The notes: generated by a model not told the origin, from the sequence alone. Counted from the stretch's first letter, positions 43,862 through 56,160 are shown. The stretch is 64,000 nt of DNA from Paraspadella gotoi (GCA_051294375.1 CM119264.1:22138709-22202708), one strand, 5' to 3'. Program-made: numbers and translations.

Positions 43862-46475
43862 AAAAGTCTGGGAGGAGCATCATTTTGAGAGAAAAATACA
43901 CTTTATTTCTCGATTTCTGGTTTCTGGTTTTTTTTAATCATTTTGCAAATTAAGGGGCCGAGTTCTCTTCTCGAGAAAAAAATTAGATCTCAGAAGCGAA
44001 GATCTTAAGAGCAACGACCCTAGTGCAAAAAAAGGAAAAAAAGAAAAAAAGAAAAAAAGAAAAAAAGAAAAAAAAGAATCCTAATTTTGATTAAATATAA
44101 AAGCAGCTCAACGAGTTAGAGGAAGGGAGGTGACCAGGTCGTCTGGGCCTGGCCCACTCCGTTACTCAAGAAACAGATCGGGATTCCGCCTTGCGGGTTT
44201 TCCCTCTCCTTGTTTGCTTGAGCCTCCCGTCTCTTTTGCCATCCGAAAGGATGTTCTCGCTTGCACCGCGTGGAAGGAGAGACGTATTGCTAACCTCTTA
44301 ATCACCTCTTAATCACATCTTAATCATCCTCTTAATCATCCTCTTAATCACCTCTTAATCATCCTCTAAATCACCTCTTAATCATCCTCTTAATCACCTC
44401 TTAATCACCTCTTAATCACCTTTTAATCATCCTCCTAATCACCTCTTAATCATCCTTTGATCACCTCTTAATCACCCTTAATCATCCTCTTATATCACCT
44501 CTTAATCATCCTCTTAATCACCTAACTTAATCAATCAATCTTAATCACCTCTTAATCATCCATCCTATTTAATCATCTCTTTATCATCTATCCTCTTAAT
44601 CATCACTCTTAATCATCTAATCTCTCTTAATCATCCTCTTAATCACCTCTTAATCATGCTTCTTAATCACCTCTTATATCACCTCTTAATCATCCTCTTA
44701 ATCATCCCTTATATCTATCACCTTTAACTCATCTATGCCTTCTTAATCACTATTAATATTATCTTAATTCACTGCTTAATCATCCTCTTAATCACCTCTT
44801 AATCATCCTCCTCATCCTCTCTTCGTCGGAGACTTCGAGACAGACGACGGCGGTGGCGTGGCCGACGATCCGCTCGAAGAAGTCCGCCTGGTCGATGTCG
44901 CTGGGGTTGCCCGACACGAGGAAGCCGTTGGCACCCTCGGCCGCGATCGCGATCATGCGATCCTGTAGAGGTTTGGGAGAGGGGGTTGGCGTGAGGGAGG
45001 GGGGAGCTTTGTATCAGAAGAGGAGTTTCGCAAGTAGTAAAACTAAAAAGATAAGTTTAAGATATCTGAGAGTTTTTTTTAAATTTATATTAAAATGCTT
45101 TATAACCTAAAAAAGTCTCGTTTCTACGAGAAAAATAACAGCAAAAAAAAAGAGAGGATACCAGCGCAGGAGTATCAACTATCAAACCACCAAAAGCAAA
45201 TCGGATCGGAGACTCGGGCGATCTCCGCGGAAATGGAATCGCCGAATTCTGATTGGTAAAACATGGAACCGGAATCGACCAATCAGCTTGCAGGATCATC
45301 GGTACTGAAAATTTTACCCACGTCGCCGATCCTTTACCTCAGCTATAAATAGACCTAGCTTGTTTTAGTTTCAGTAGCATTGAACAAGACTCCTGCGTGT
45401 GTCTCAACGTCACCTTTATTCTCAGAATAAAATCTCTTCCTTATTTCAACCTTAGAAATCCATGAGTTTTTCCTTAAATGTGGTGGCAGTCGTGGGATTC
45501 GAACCCACGCCTCCGACTTTGTTGACTCGATCCCACTTTTTTATCATGCTCCCGCTACTTTTCTCAGTTTACCCCTCTAGTGATCGAAATTAGGTGGAAA
45601 TTAAAAAATGTAGAAAAAGAGAAAGAGAAAAAAATAGTCGCCAAAACACATTTCGGCGGCACAACAAGAAAATTTTTACGACAAAGCTACCGACTGACCG
45701 ACCTTAACGTATCTTCCCAACCGTTTAACAGGATTGCGTTTAAAAAGAAATAGCCTTCTAAAACTTATATATATATTAACCATTTGACCTTTGATATGAA
45801 AGAACAGTACAAGCGACCACATCTACATCATAAAAATTTTTAATTGTCACGAGTAAAATTTGTAAAACTTGAGAAAAGTCATAAATCTACTAATCCATAT
45901 AGTTAAACCGTACAATTTAGAAAATTTTGAGCAGGGAGAGTAACTTTCGGATTCTCAAAAAATAAAACGGGATCCGCGCTGTGGCAGGAATCCGAGCAAT
46001 CACTCCCCGAACTCTACTCCAGTCTCTCACAGTTCTCACATAACCTTCTCCATTCCGCAGTGAATCCCCAATTTCGAGGGAAAAAGTAAACAAGGCTACG
46101 GATTGCGGGGTTGGGTTGGGTTGGGTTGGGTTGGGTTGGGTTGGGTTGGGTTGGGCAACGCCGCTTTAAAAGATGAGAAGAAAGGGATGGAAAAATGAAG
46201 AGGATGGAAAAGTCTAAAAGGGGCGAATGTCCGCCCGCGAAAGCGAGAAAGTGCGCTGGTCGGAAATCTGAATATGTCTCGTGTCTATATGTATACGGAC
46301 AGAGTCGCTCGCTACCTCTGGTTTTCGGCCACTTATTTGGACGATGGCGACAAAAAGTCGACAATTCTTCTCGGGGTTAATGAATCGAAAATTTAATTAC
46401 CCCTGCAGAGATTTCTCTCCCGGATTTCTACTTTGCCTACTAACACCAGATCTCTTTCTCTTGTGTCTCTTCTTT

Positions 46476-46524
<49 letters not shown>

Positions 46525-47104
46525 GTCTGCTCTCGGGCGTCTTGGTCTCGATCGTGGTCTTCTTGAAATCAATTCGTTTGATTTCTTCTCTTTGCTTATG
46601 TTGAGACTTTGCCTGTCGTTGTCTTTCTCTGTGTCTTGTCTTGCTTTCTTTCGGTTCTTGCTGGGCTGTTCTGGTTCGTTTCGTTTCGTTTCGTGTGCTC
46701 TGCGTATCTCTCTCGCCCATTTGTCCCGCACGCGCAAAAACTTGGCGCCGGCGACGCCGACCGCGCCGGGTTCGAAATAGCGGCGCCGTCCAAGACGCCG
46801 CTCGCGTTGGCGTCGTAAATAAAACCCCGAGTTCCGGTGGCGCGGCGCCAACTCTCCGTGGTCTCTTTACACCGGGAATGAAAAAAATGCCTGACGGAGA
46901 ATTTCCCTTTTAAGGGCGAGAGACGAGAGAGAGGGAGAGAGAGAGACAAAGAAAAAAAGTATCGAAACATACAAACAAAGGAATTGGACCGAGATCGAAA
47001 TAGAATTAAAAATAGTAATTGAAAGGAAGAGAAAGAGGGAGANNNNNNNNNNNNNNNNNNNNNNNNNNNNNNNNNNNNNNNNNNNNNNNNNNNNNNNNNN
47101 NAGA

Positions 47105-47194
<90 letters not shown>

Positions 47195-49307
47195 AAAGAA
47201 AGAAAGAAAAAGAAATTAAAAATAAAAAAAGGATTAAGAAAAACAAAATTCCAATGTATTGCGCCTCAGTGACTTTATTTTCATGTGCATTTGATCACAT
47301 GATATGACATAATAAAAAACTTTATTCGCCCGTGTATTTATGACATGCGCTGCATCAAAATTTTATACGTTTTCAATGTAAGTGGGACAGACAGACGGAC
47401 TGACATACCGACGGACCGACCGACCGTAAAGTGACTTAGAGATTTGTTCCGCGTGTAATCGCGGCGCAACTTAAAAGCGAAGGGAAGAATATATAAAAGG
47501 AAAATTTCTTAAACGGTATATAGTATGTTTAAAAGAATATATTTAATGAGTTTAAGGCTATTTTCATTAGCAGCGCACTGTAAAACAATTATTTTAGAAT
47601 AATTAACTTTTTTTTCCCGATGAAAAAGACTTCCGCCAGGAATCCGTTCTCTCGCCATCCCCGATCTCTCCTCGTCTCTCTCTCCCGGACTCACGACCTC
47701 TCTCTCCTTTCCTGTCAGAATCACTCGTTCCATGTCTCTATCTCCTTTCGACTCCCTCCGACCCTCGTCTTTCAGAGAAGGAAAAAATACTTCAAATAAA
47801 TAAAAGAAAAAAAATGTTTTTCTTTTAAAATGAGAAAAGGCATCTTTATTGAGAAACCAGTGAAGCTCGATCGGCGAAGAAAATCCCTGGAATACATTGA
47901 GCCAAAATGTCTTTATTCCCCGGAAATGATGCTACCATTTTCAATAATTATCTTAGAAGGCAATAAATTTTCAGTTTGTACTCAACTAGATTTGAAACGA
48001 ATAAGAATAAGAATTTTGCAAAGTGATACTCGAAAATATTTCATAATATCTTTAGATTATTCTTTAGATTATTTTTGAATTTATTTATCTATCTGAGTAT
48101 TTTATCTCATCTTCTGCTTCTTAGAACGCAGGGGGTTTTTAAAAGATTTCTAACAATGGCAAAAGCACGTGCTCCACACCAGAAGGAGGAACGTGCGTAA
48201 ACAGTCGGAGGGTTAGGGAACAAGAGATGAAAAAAAAAAAAGCGTATGCAAGAAATGAGAAACGTGCGAAAGAGATAAAAGAAACTTGTTAATGAGTTGG
48301 ATTGGACGACAGCGGGCGATGGGGGACACAGGCGCACCACAGATGAAATAGTTTTGTTTTGCAGACGGAACGAAGACACTTTTCAGATGAAATTAGCTCG
48401 AGAGATGGACGAGATTTAGAGATGGTGCGAGCCGGTTTTAGAGATAGGGCGAGCTTGTTCCTCAAATGGAATTGTGGCAATTTAGAGATGGGAGAAGATT
48501 TTGAGCGGCAGAGTAACGAGGAAATGGAATCAAAGTGAAAAGTGAATTGAAAGAAAATGGAAAATGAGAAAAAAATGAAATTATTTTTTTTAATGTTTTA
48601 AAAGATCCTCTCTTAAAGGCTGCCATTAAATAAAAAATACTGTTCTTCAGAAACTTGTTCCGTTTTTACAACAATTTTTAATTGTTTACGTTTTAATTAA
48701 TTAATTTTATTTAATTAACTGTTTTTTCTCTCTCTATTTTATTATTTTTTTCGTTTGCTCAGACTTAGTCTTTGTTTGTTGATGATTATTGTACTGAATC
48801 AACCTTGTTGAATTCGAATAAAATCTCATATCAAATGGGTTTGATCTTAAAAGAAATAAAGGTAACAATTTCAACTAAATTCATATTTTAGAAAAAAAAG
48901 AAACGCTGTACTGCATTTTTATAATATTGATAATAGGATATGGAGTTTTTTAAATTAAATTAAAAAACTTGTATTATAAATACCTAGAAAATATTACTTT
49001 TTTTACACGATATCTTTGACGCTGAATATCAAATCCTTAAGATTTAAAAAAACATTTTCTAATTATTTAAAAAATTATTTTGATCTAGAATGTTTACTGT
49101 TCTAGGACAAAATCCCATAAATATTACAGGATTAACTTACCCTGACCAACTCGAGTCCCTCAAGAAAGTTGATGTGTCCATTGGCCATGAGCTCCTGCTG
49201 CAAGTGGATCCCCCGCTCCGTCTGCCATGCGATCTCCGATCTCAACGCTTCGCTGGCGGAAACGTGGGTCAGTCCATAGCGCTCGGCCAGCAGGCGACAC
49301 TGCACGC
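30557..49307 (-). CDS. Multi-exon adenylate kinase gene with three tandem AK1/UMP-CMP kinase-type domains (5' end and part of domain 2 not visible, probably in N gaps)
   Basis: 11 exons: 49307-49141, 44962-44796, 42378-42216, 42089-41954, [gap], 40270-40169, 40008-39907, 39260-39089, 32952-32881, 31766-31630, 31405-31277, 30733-30557. Phases match at every visible junction. Motifs [32 protein letters not shown] and [14 protein letters not shown] are established AK1-family signatures. Confidence 0.93.
31277..31405 (-). CDS. AK domain 3 LID exon
   Basis: aag|[43 protein letters not shown]|gttggg. Confidence 0.96.
31630..31766 (-). CDS. AK domain 3 core exon
   Basis: tag|(G)[45 protein letters not shown]|gttaga. 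Confidence 0.96.
32881..32952 (-). CDS. AK domain 3 NMP-binding exon (GC donor)
   Basis: tag|(G)[23 protein letters not shown](G)|gcaaga; phase 1 at both ends fits its neighbours. Confidence 0.92.
33543..33669. repeat. (AAAG)n microsatellite
   Basis: Seen directly; similar arrays at 32440-32545 and 40670-40800. Confidence 0.95.
39089..39260 (-). CDS. Linker plus P-loop exon of AK domain 3
   Basis: cag|[57 protein letters not shown](G)|gtaagt. Confidence 0.95.
39907..40008 (-). CDS. AK domain 2 C-terminal exon (GC donor)
   Basis: cag|[34 protein letters not shown]|gcaaga. Confidence 0.87.
40169..40270 (-). CDS. AK domain 2 exon (shortened LID)
   Basis: cag|[34 protein letters not shown]|gtaaga; paralogous to exon 31405-31277. 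Confidence 0.85.
41954..42089 (-). CDS. End of AK domain 1 plus P-loop exon of domain 2
   Basis: tag|[45 protein letters not shown](G)|gtgaga. Confidence 0.9.
42216..42378 (-). CDS. AK domain 1 exon (LID and C-terminal part)
   Basis: cag|(R)[54 protein letters not shown]|gtgagg; phase 2 in matches the previous exon. Confidence 0.88.
42454..42688. mobile_element. Foldback/MITE-like element with about 37-bp inverted repeats in an AK intron
   Basis: ttagactcaatcggaaacgtctgccgctttttgaatc pairs, with a few mismatches, with gattcaaaatgaggcagatgtttctgattgagtctaa. Confidence 0.55.
44296..44819. repeat. 11/12-bp minisatellite (TTAATCACCTC / TTAATCATCCTC) overlapping an AK exon end and its donor site
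   Basis: Dozens of interspersed units; on the minus strand they read GAGGATGATTAA (the exon's last codons) and GAGGTGATTAA (the donor). Confidence 0.9.
44796..44962 (-). CDS. AK domain 1 exon (degenerate FLIDGYPR region)
   Basis: cag|[55 protein letters not shown](R)|gtgatt; phase 0 in, phase 2 out. Confidence 0.88.
45200..45516 (+). mobile_element. LTR-like remnant with tRNA-Leu primer-binding site, inside an AK intron (5' boundary approximate)
   Basis: ATTGG/CCAAT boxes, CTATAAATA (about 45343) and AATAAA (about 45426), then TGGTGGCAGTCGTGGGATTCGAACCCACGCCTCCGA, the reverse complement of a tRNA-Leu 3' end including CCA. Confidence 0.7.
46108..46155. repeat. (GGGTT)n pentanucleotide repeat
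   Basis: About 9 perfect units. Confidence 0.9.
47250..47476. mobile_element. Possible non-autonomous Helentron/DINE-1-like element
   Basis: GACA/GACG/GACC tetranucleotide run, then gtgacttaga, a short hairpin ccgcg-tgtaat-cgcgg and an A-rich end; resemblance only. Confidence 0.3.
49141..49307 (-). CDS. AK domain 1 exon (post-P-loop and NMP-binding region)
   Basis: cag|(G)[55 protein letters not shown]|gtaagt; aligns with AK1 GTQC..IV.KYG.THLSTGDLLR. Confidence 0.88.
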
Positions 49308-49867
49308 CTGATAGTCAGAGAAGTCGTCGGATTATTAATCGAAGTGAGCCAGGCTGGTTCTATCAATGAGCTAGGGTTTGCAAAACAATTAAAATGTGAA
49401 TGTAGAAAGAGGTTCGACCGGAGGAAAACTACGGTAATCGTAAAGTTAAAAAATGAAAAAAAAAGTAAGAGAAGGAAAAGAGAGAAAAGAAAGGATGAGG
49501 GATTTGTGTCCTGCGCGCGCGACTTCTACATCGGTTTATGAAAAAAAAATTAACAAATGAACATTCGAGTAGCGAGATGAAAGGTCTGGACTGCAGACCG
49601 GGAATGAATCTCACACGTCTTCGACTTTTAAAAGCCACCGAACATCGTTAATGTCATGATGATAGTGGATGTTAATGCGATGTCCTTATGATGTCGTCCT
49701 TATTACCCGAGCCTCGTCTGGAAAAGTCAATCTCGCCAGAGAAAAAACGTAAACAGCCGAAAATATTGGCAGCCAACAACCTTTTATCGGCCGTTCCTGA
49801 TTGGATAACGGCGGGCTCCTTTCTCTGTTTATTTACTATTTTCCGCAGCAAACATGGTCTGTTTTCT

Positions 49868-49959
<92 letters not shown>

Positions 49960-52889
49960 TCAGTCACTGACTATTTATTCATGACTTGGGCAAAGATTAC
50001 TTCCCTTCCTCGCCAATTTCCTTTTTTGTATTCAGCCATATTGTTCTCCCTGTCTGACACTCTGTCTCTTGCTCTTCCCTCTCTCTCTCTCTATCTCGCT
50101 CTCTCTTCAACCCTAATTTTCTGCCTCAAGTTTTTTCTGTTTTCGTGACTTTTTTTTATCAGAAGTCAAACTTGTCGTATTTTAATCGAACTGATCCATT
50201 GAAAGGGGGCTTGGCAAATTTATCAAATTATCATATCAGATCGTTTGTTCGTTTGTTCACGATTTCCATTGAAAATAGTGTAACGTGATATTTTTCAAAG
50301 ACTCCGTTTTTAATTTCTACAAGAAAAAAATCTGCATTATGACTTGCAAAAAGAGAAAATGAAAAAAAAAATCAAGATTCAAGGTTCATTTTCAATTTGT
50401 CGATCATTTTCCATTCTCCATTTTCCGTCTCTCCGATTTCCCTTTTGTTTCCTGAAAATTACTCTCGCGACGACCGTCAGACGTCGACGGACCGAAGCGT
50501 CCCCCACCCCCCCTACGCTTAGGCGCCGCGCCACCTCCTCCCCTCTTCAATATCCAATCTGCGAACCCGCCCTCTGTTGTTTCCTTTTCAACAACAACGT
50601 GTAATCCGACCATAAAAACAAAAGGTGTTTAGGCAATGCAGATGTAAGGGTGGTGATCGAATAGTGAAAAGTGATTTACGAAAGTGTGAATCATCGATTC
50701 ATCGATTTGATTATAAATTCTGACAGAACAGAATAACCATTTCACCATTTTTAAGGGGCTTTTTTTCGTTAAGGAAAACATTGTTGCTACTAAATAAAGG
50801 ATAAAAAGGACTTTGAGAATACTTAAAATACTAGAAATACCATACCGTAAATACCGTAAGTAAAATAGGTCGCGCAAATTTTCGATAAATATTGTTTATA
50901 AATATTGTTTATAAATAAAGTTTTAACACGAATCTCTTATTTTTTTGAGGAAGTCTTCGATAGTGAAATCTAATTTCCTTCCAAAGCTAAAAGTTAAATT
51001 CAATAACTGCAATGACTTCAGTCCCTTTTTCCTTCTCTTTCTGGCTTCCATTTACTTACATCTTCTCAANNNNNNNNNNNNNNNNNNNNNNNNNNNNNNN
51101 NNNNNNNNNNNNNNNNNNNNNNNNNNNNNNNNNNNNNNNNNNNNNNNNNNNNNNNNNNNNNNNNNNNNNNNNNNNNNNNNNNNNNNNNNNNNNNNNNNNN
51201 NNNNNNNNNNNNNNNNNNNNNNNNNNNNNNNNNNNNNNNNNNNNNNNNNNNNNNNNNNNNNNNNNNNNNNNNNNNNNNNNNNNNNNNNNNNNNNNNNNNN
51301 NNNNNNNNNNNNNNNNNNNNNNNNNNNNNNNNNNNNNNNNNNNNNNNNNNNNNNNNNNNNNNNNNNNNNNNNNNNNNNNNNNNNNNNNNNNNNNNNNNNN
51401 NNNNNNNNNNNNNNNNNNNNNNNNNNNNNNNNNNNNNNNNNCAGACGGCGAACGGGAAGGGCGGGCTCGGGCACCTTTAGGAGCTTAGGACACGAAACCG
51501 CTCAGGCAAAAAATAAAAAAAGAAAGAAACCAAGAAAAAGGGAAAAAAACGAAAAAAAGCTAATAGAAAAAAGAAAAGAAAAAAAAAATGAACAAAAAAA
51601 AAAGATCTAGAATTTTCTACGCTTTCACACACAAAAATTCCTTTCAGTTCCTTATCACCGTGAGCCTTACCCAACCCACCCAATTTTCTCACGACCTTAA
51701 CTNNNNNNNNNNNNNNNNNNNNNNNNNNNNNNNNNNNNNNNNNNNNNNNNNNNNNNNNNNNNNNNNNNNNNNNNNNNNNNNNNNNNNNNNNNNNNNNNNN
51801 NNNNNNNNNNNNNNNNNNNNNNNNNNNNNNNNNNNNNNNNNNNNNNNNNNNNNNNNNNNNNNNNNNNNNNNNNNNNNNNNNNNNNNNNNNNNNNNNNNNN
51901 NNNNNNNNNNNNNNNNNNNNNNNNNNNNNNNNNNNNNNNNNNNNNNNNNNNNNNNNNNNNNNNNNNNNNNNNNNNNNNNNNNNNNNNNNNNNNNNNNNNN
52001 NNNNNNNNNNNNNNNNNNNNNNNNNNNNNNNNNNNNNNNNNNNNNNNNNNNNNNNNNNNNNNNNNNNNNNNNNNNNNNNNNNNNNNNNNNNNTCTCCCTC
52101 TCCCCCTAAAAAAAAATAACATAAAGGTGATGCAAATCATGAGAGTCCATCAGTAATTATTTCCCGTCGACGTCTCCAACCGTCTCGATCCCGGTTATGA
52201 GTCTATGAGTCTATGAGGCGACGACGAGTAATAACAATTTTTTATTAACTCTCTTCCTTCTCCTCCTCTTCCTCTTCCTCCTCTTTCTCTTCCTCCTATT
52301 TCCCCCCCCCATTTGTTTATGGTCCCTCTGATCGTTCGATCCCACATCGTCCATGTTTTAAGTCTGAAAAGAATGAGGGCTGAAATATTTTCAGCGCCTT
52401 CAAGCTTTTTTTCAGTTGTCCTTTTTTATTTCCGTAATTAATGTTTCTTTTTATTTATTAAAATGAATTTAATTAAAGGATGTACAGGGTGGAGCGGTCA
52501 GAAAAAAGTCTGATCTTGCCAAGAAAATGTTGCCAGAGGGATTAAGCGGGATTCAGTTATTCGCAGAGAGTAAATGACAGAAAGTAAAAAAAACCATCGC
52601 CAGATGCTTGAGGCGACGCCTGAGCTTCTCTTGTTTATTTGTATTTCCCGATAGAATTTTAGCTTCCTCTTTTTCTTCCTCCTCTTCTTCCTCCTCCCCT
52701 TCCTCCTGCCCTTCCTCCTCTTTCTCAATTTTTCCCTCTCCTCCTGCCTTAAGTGGATAGTGCTTTTTTTCGTTTTTCAGTTTGAGTTTGAAATTGGAAA
52801 ATTAAGCGAAACCATTTTTTTTTCCCGAAGCGCGAATGTGGGAAAGAGTTTTTCTGTCTCTATCATTCTGTCTCTCTTTTCCGACTTGC

Positions 52890-52994
<105 letters not shown>

Positions 52995-52998
52995 TCAC

Positions 52999-55823
52999 CT
53001 CCACATACTCCGAATAAGCGAGACAATTGACGGGAATCGAAATGTCCACGTTCCACGGATTCTCTCCTCTTTCCACGCGCCGGTTCCATTTCCTGACCCA
53101 AGTGCCGCGGGGCGCCCAGGCGCCGATGTCGGCTAAACGCGGAATGACGTAGTCGGGAACGAAGCCGATAAGAGGGGAAGACGACGCCGAGGACGACGAC
53201 GACGACGACGACGACGATTCTTCCTCATCGAAGAAACACTTTAATCCTTGGAGAAATGAATGAAGAAAGAGATGGGTTGATTTATACATTGATTTATACA
53301 TTGATTTGTACATTGATTTGTACATTGATTTATACATTGATTTGTACATTGATTTCGATATTTTTTTATCATGATTGATATCTATCTTTCATTGATTTCG
53401 TCGATTTGTTCGATTGCCTCTCTGTTTGTGGATCTTTCAATCTGTTTTTCTCTTCATCTAGATATGTGGATAAGGCGCTAAGAACTTATGCAATGCCCGA
53501 CTACAGATATAGCCACACAAACACACACACACACACACACACANNNNNNNNNNNNNNNNNNNNNNNNNNNNNNNNNNNNNNNNNNNNNNNNNNNNNNNNN
53601 NNNNNNNNNNNNNNNNNNNNNNNNNNNNNNNNNNNNNNNNNNNNNNNNNNNNNNNNNNNNNNNNNNNNNNNNNNNNNNNNNNNNNNNNNNNNNNNTCTCT
53701 CTCTCTCTCTCTCTCTCCCCAACCTTTCTGCGATTCTCTCATCTCGTTGATTTTCGTGATTTCGTTTTCGATTTTCCTCAACTTTTTTCTCGTCGTGCAT
53801 CCGGTCAGAACCAAGAGGGAAGATATACCGACGTCTGAATTCGATTGAAACGAAAAGGAAATTCAATGAAAGGGAGAATAAGCAACTCGTCAGTCATTTT
53901 AACTGCATTGCGCGTTTATTACATTTTTATTTGTATTCGTTCAGAAAAACTGCGCTAGATAACGGAACAAAAAATACCGAAAAGAAAATTGCAAAAACAG
54001 AAAATAACTTAAGAAACAAACAAAAACTAAATAATTTAAGAAAGTAAAGACTCGCCCAAAACATAAATGAGATTTTGTTGAAAAAAAAAACAACTACATA
54101 ACCAAAACAACGTCGAAAACAAACGGGGAAAAAAAAAGAGACACTCCAACACTGAACGGGAATCGAAGGTGAAAACAAAACGGAAAACACTGGGATAACG
54201 ACGACAACGACGGCGACGAGGACAAAAACGATGACAAAAACGACGATTACAACGACGATGACAATGACAATGAGGGGACGGCGACGACGACTACGATAAC
54301 GACGACAGCATTCATCCTCACTCTTTGCGAATCCAATGTCGGAGTTGATGGTGTCGCCCACCATGATCGTCTTTCGCCGATCAACCCCCACATTTTGAGC
54401 GAGGAGCAATTCGAAGAGAAACACGTTGGGCTTCCCTGTCCGAGTGGATTATGAGGGGTGGGGAGGGCGTGGAGGAAGGGTGGGGAGAGAGCGGAGGGTG
54501 TGGGGTGGCGAGCGGGAGTGAGAATGAGGTTTGGGGGAAGTGATTATGAGAGCGACGGGGTGAGGGAGACAGAAGAAGTGGTACTGCAAAAATGAAGTTT
54601 CATGGCGTTGTGTAGAAAAAAAATAAGTAGGTTAGTAAAATGTAATCAGGCAAATCGTATAGAGAAAGCGGAAAATTCAGATGCGGATTAAATTAAATAA
54701 AAAAAAAAGAGAAAAACCAAATTTGAACTCGGCGCGTGATCCTTTGTTTAAAATATTGAAGGGAAACAATAAAACTTGGCTTCGCTTCAACTTGGCGAGA
54801 CTTGAAGATATAAAAAAGCATAACAAACGAACAAAAAAATTATATAAAGGAAATGAAAAACAAACTGAAATAAAATGCGATAGTCGGAAGCTGGAAAAAG
54901 TCATGAGGCCTTCCTCTAGAAGCACTGAACAAACATTGGCAGCAATGAGAGCAAAGGGGAGGGGAAGAGAGAGAGAAAGAGAGAGAGAATATTGAATTAG
55001 TTTAAATTTTCGCTGCCAAAAAACGGAATAACGAATCCCTTTCAGCTCTTGCTTCATGCTTTGACAATTTCGGTTCTCGGGCCAAATTCTATTATGCTAA
55101 TCGATTGAGGGTTAACAATCTCTCCAAAAACAGTCGTGCTTGAGAAATATGAATAATTTTGCTTCATCGATGAATTCAAGAATGAAAAAGATAACCTTAT
55201 AAGATATGGTTATATTTTATAGTTTCTTATGAATTAGTTCATAACATTTTAAAAAAAAGAAGATAATCTGAAGTTAAGTACGAATATCGATCCGAGCGGA
55301 GAAGCAAAGAATATTTTATTTATGAGCAGGGATTTTCCAACCGTAAATCGACAACTGATTTTCTCTCCGAAAGTTCGCGAACGAAACAAAGAACAAAAGA
55401 AAGAACAAAAGAAAGAACAAAGACTGGGTGGTCGTCGCGATAACCGTCATTCGATTTATCGAGCGAAGTTGGGGAAAAACTTTTGACGAATTTTCGATTT
55501 TCTGTCCGGGAAAAAGTTGAAAGGGAAAAAGATTAAAAAGGAGGAAAAGCCCGCCCTCCTCCTCCTTCGCCCGCCTCTGCCCGCCTCTGCCCGCCCTCCT
55601 CCTCCTTCGCCCGCCTCTGCCCGACCACTTCCGCCTTCGCCCGTCCTCTCCCGCCCTTTATCCCTCTACCCACGACCGTCGGCTTCCGGCCGCCCGACGC
55701 AGCAGAGACTCCAGCGACGACGCTGGCGCTGCCGAAGAGCGCCGCTCCGTCGAGCGGCTCCTGGCCGGAGCCGATGTCCGTCGCCAGGAACGCCACCGCC
55801 GGGTCGCGGAGATACGACGCCGC
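52999..55823 (-). CDS. HAD-superfamily class IIA phosphatase (phosphoglycolate/pyridoxal/4-nitrophenyl phosphatase-like), C-terminal half, 4 exons
   Basis: Exons 55823-55670 (AASYLRDPAVAFLATD...SAASGGRKPTVV), 54435-54322 (GKPNVFLFE...KTIMVGDTINSDIGFAK), 53834-53724 (NVGISSLLVLTGCTT...) and 53246-52999 (...VPDYVIPRLADI...YVE). All introns are GT-AG with matching phase 1. GKP, GDxxxxD, LVLTG and PDY are established HAD-IIA motifs. The N-terminal DxDG exons were not found. Confidence 0.9.
53277..53355. repeat. 12-bp tandem repeat TTGATTT(A/G)TACA, about 6 copies, intronic
   Basis: Seen directly; explains the YKSM repeats in the ORF track. Confidence 0.9.
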
Positions 55824-56079
55824 CTGCCGAGAGGGGGGGCGGGGGCGGATGGGGGATGGAGAATGATAGAACTTCACCGTGACTGAATCTGACATCGAAA
55901 CTTTAAAAATTTAACCGATATTTTTTAATTATGAATATAATTAACTTTTGTTGAGTTCGCATTTCACGGAAAATGAAAGGGAAAAGAAAGGTAACGGGAA
56001 AAAATGCAAATGAAGTTGACTGATAAAGATGATCGTAGCTCTTACTGATTCTGTTAGCACTCCTCATCATTGTCGTCCA

Positions 56080-56096
56080 CATCGTCATCGTCATCG

Positions 56097-56158
<62 letters not shown>
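56080..56158. repeat. (CAT)n microsatellite
   Basis: Seen directly; explains the poly-Met and poly-His ORF artefacts. Confidence 0.95.

Positions 56159-56160
<2 letters not shown>

Noticed and set aside
44296-44819. CRISPR-like array
   Set aside because: No unique spacers and a eukaryotic context; this and the 46-bp arrays are plain minisatellites.
45481-45516. Intact tRNA-Leu gene
   Set aside because: Only the 3' 36 nt are present, with CCA encoded and no D or anticodon arm.
51443-51505. Plus-strand RRTGRAG as helicase motif VI
   Set aside because: Isolated short match with no other helicase motifs.
55871-55901. FDVRFSHGE as the phosphatase GFDxxFSY segment
   Set aside because: Needs a weak donor and an intron under 50 nt and aligns several residues short; may be chance.
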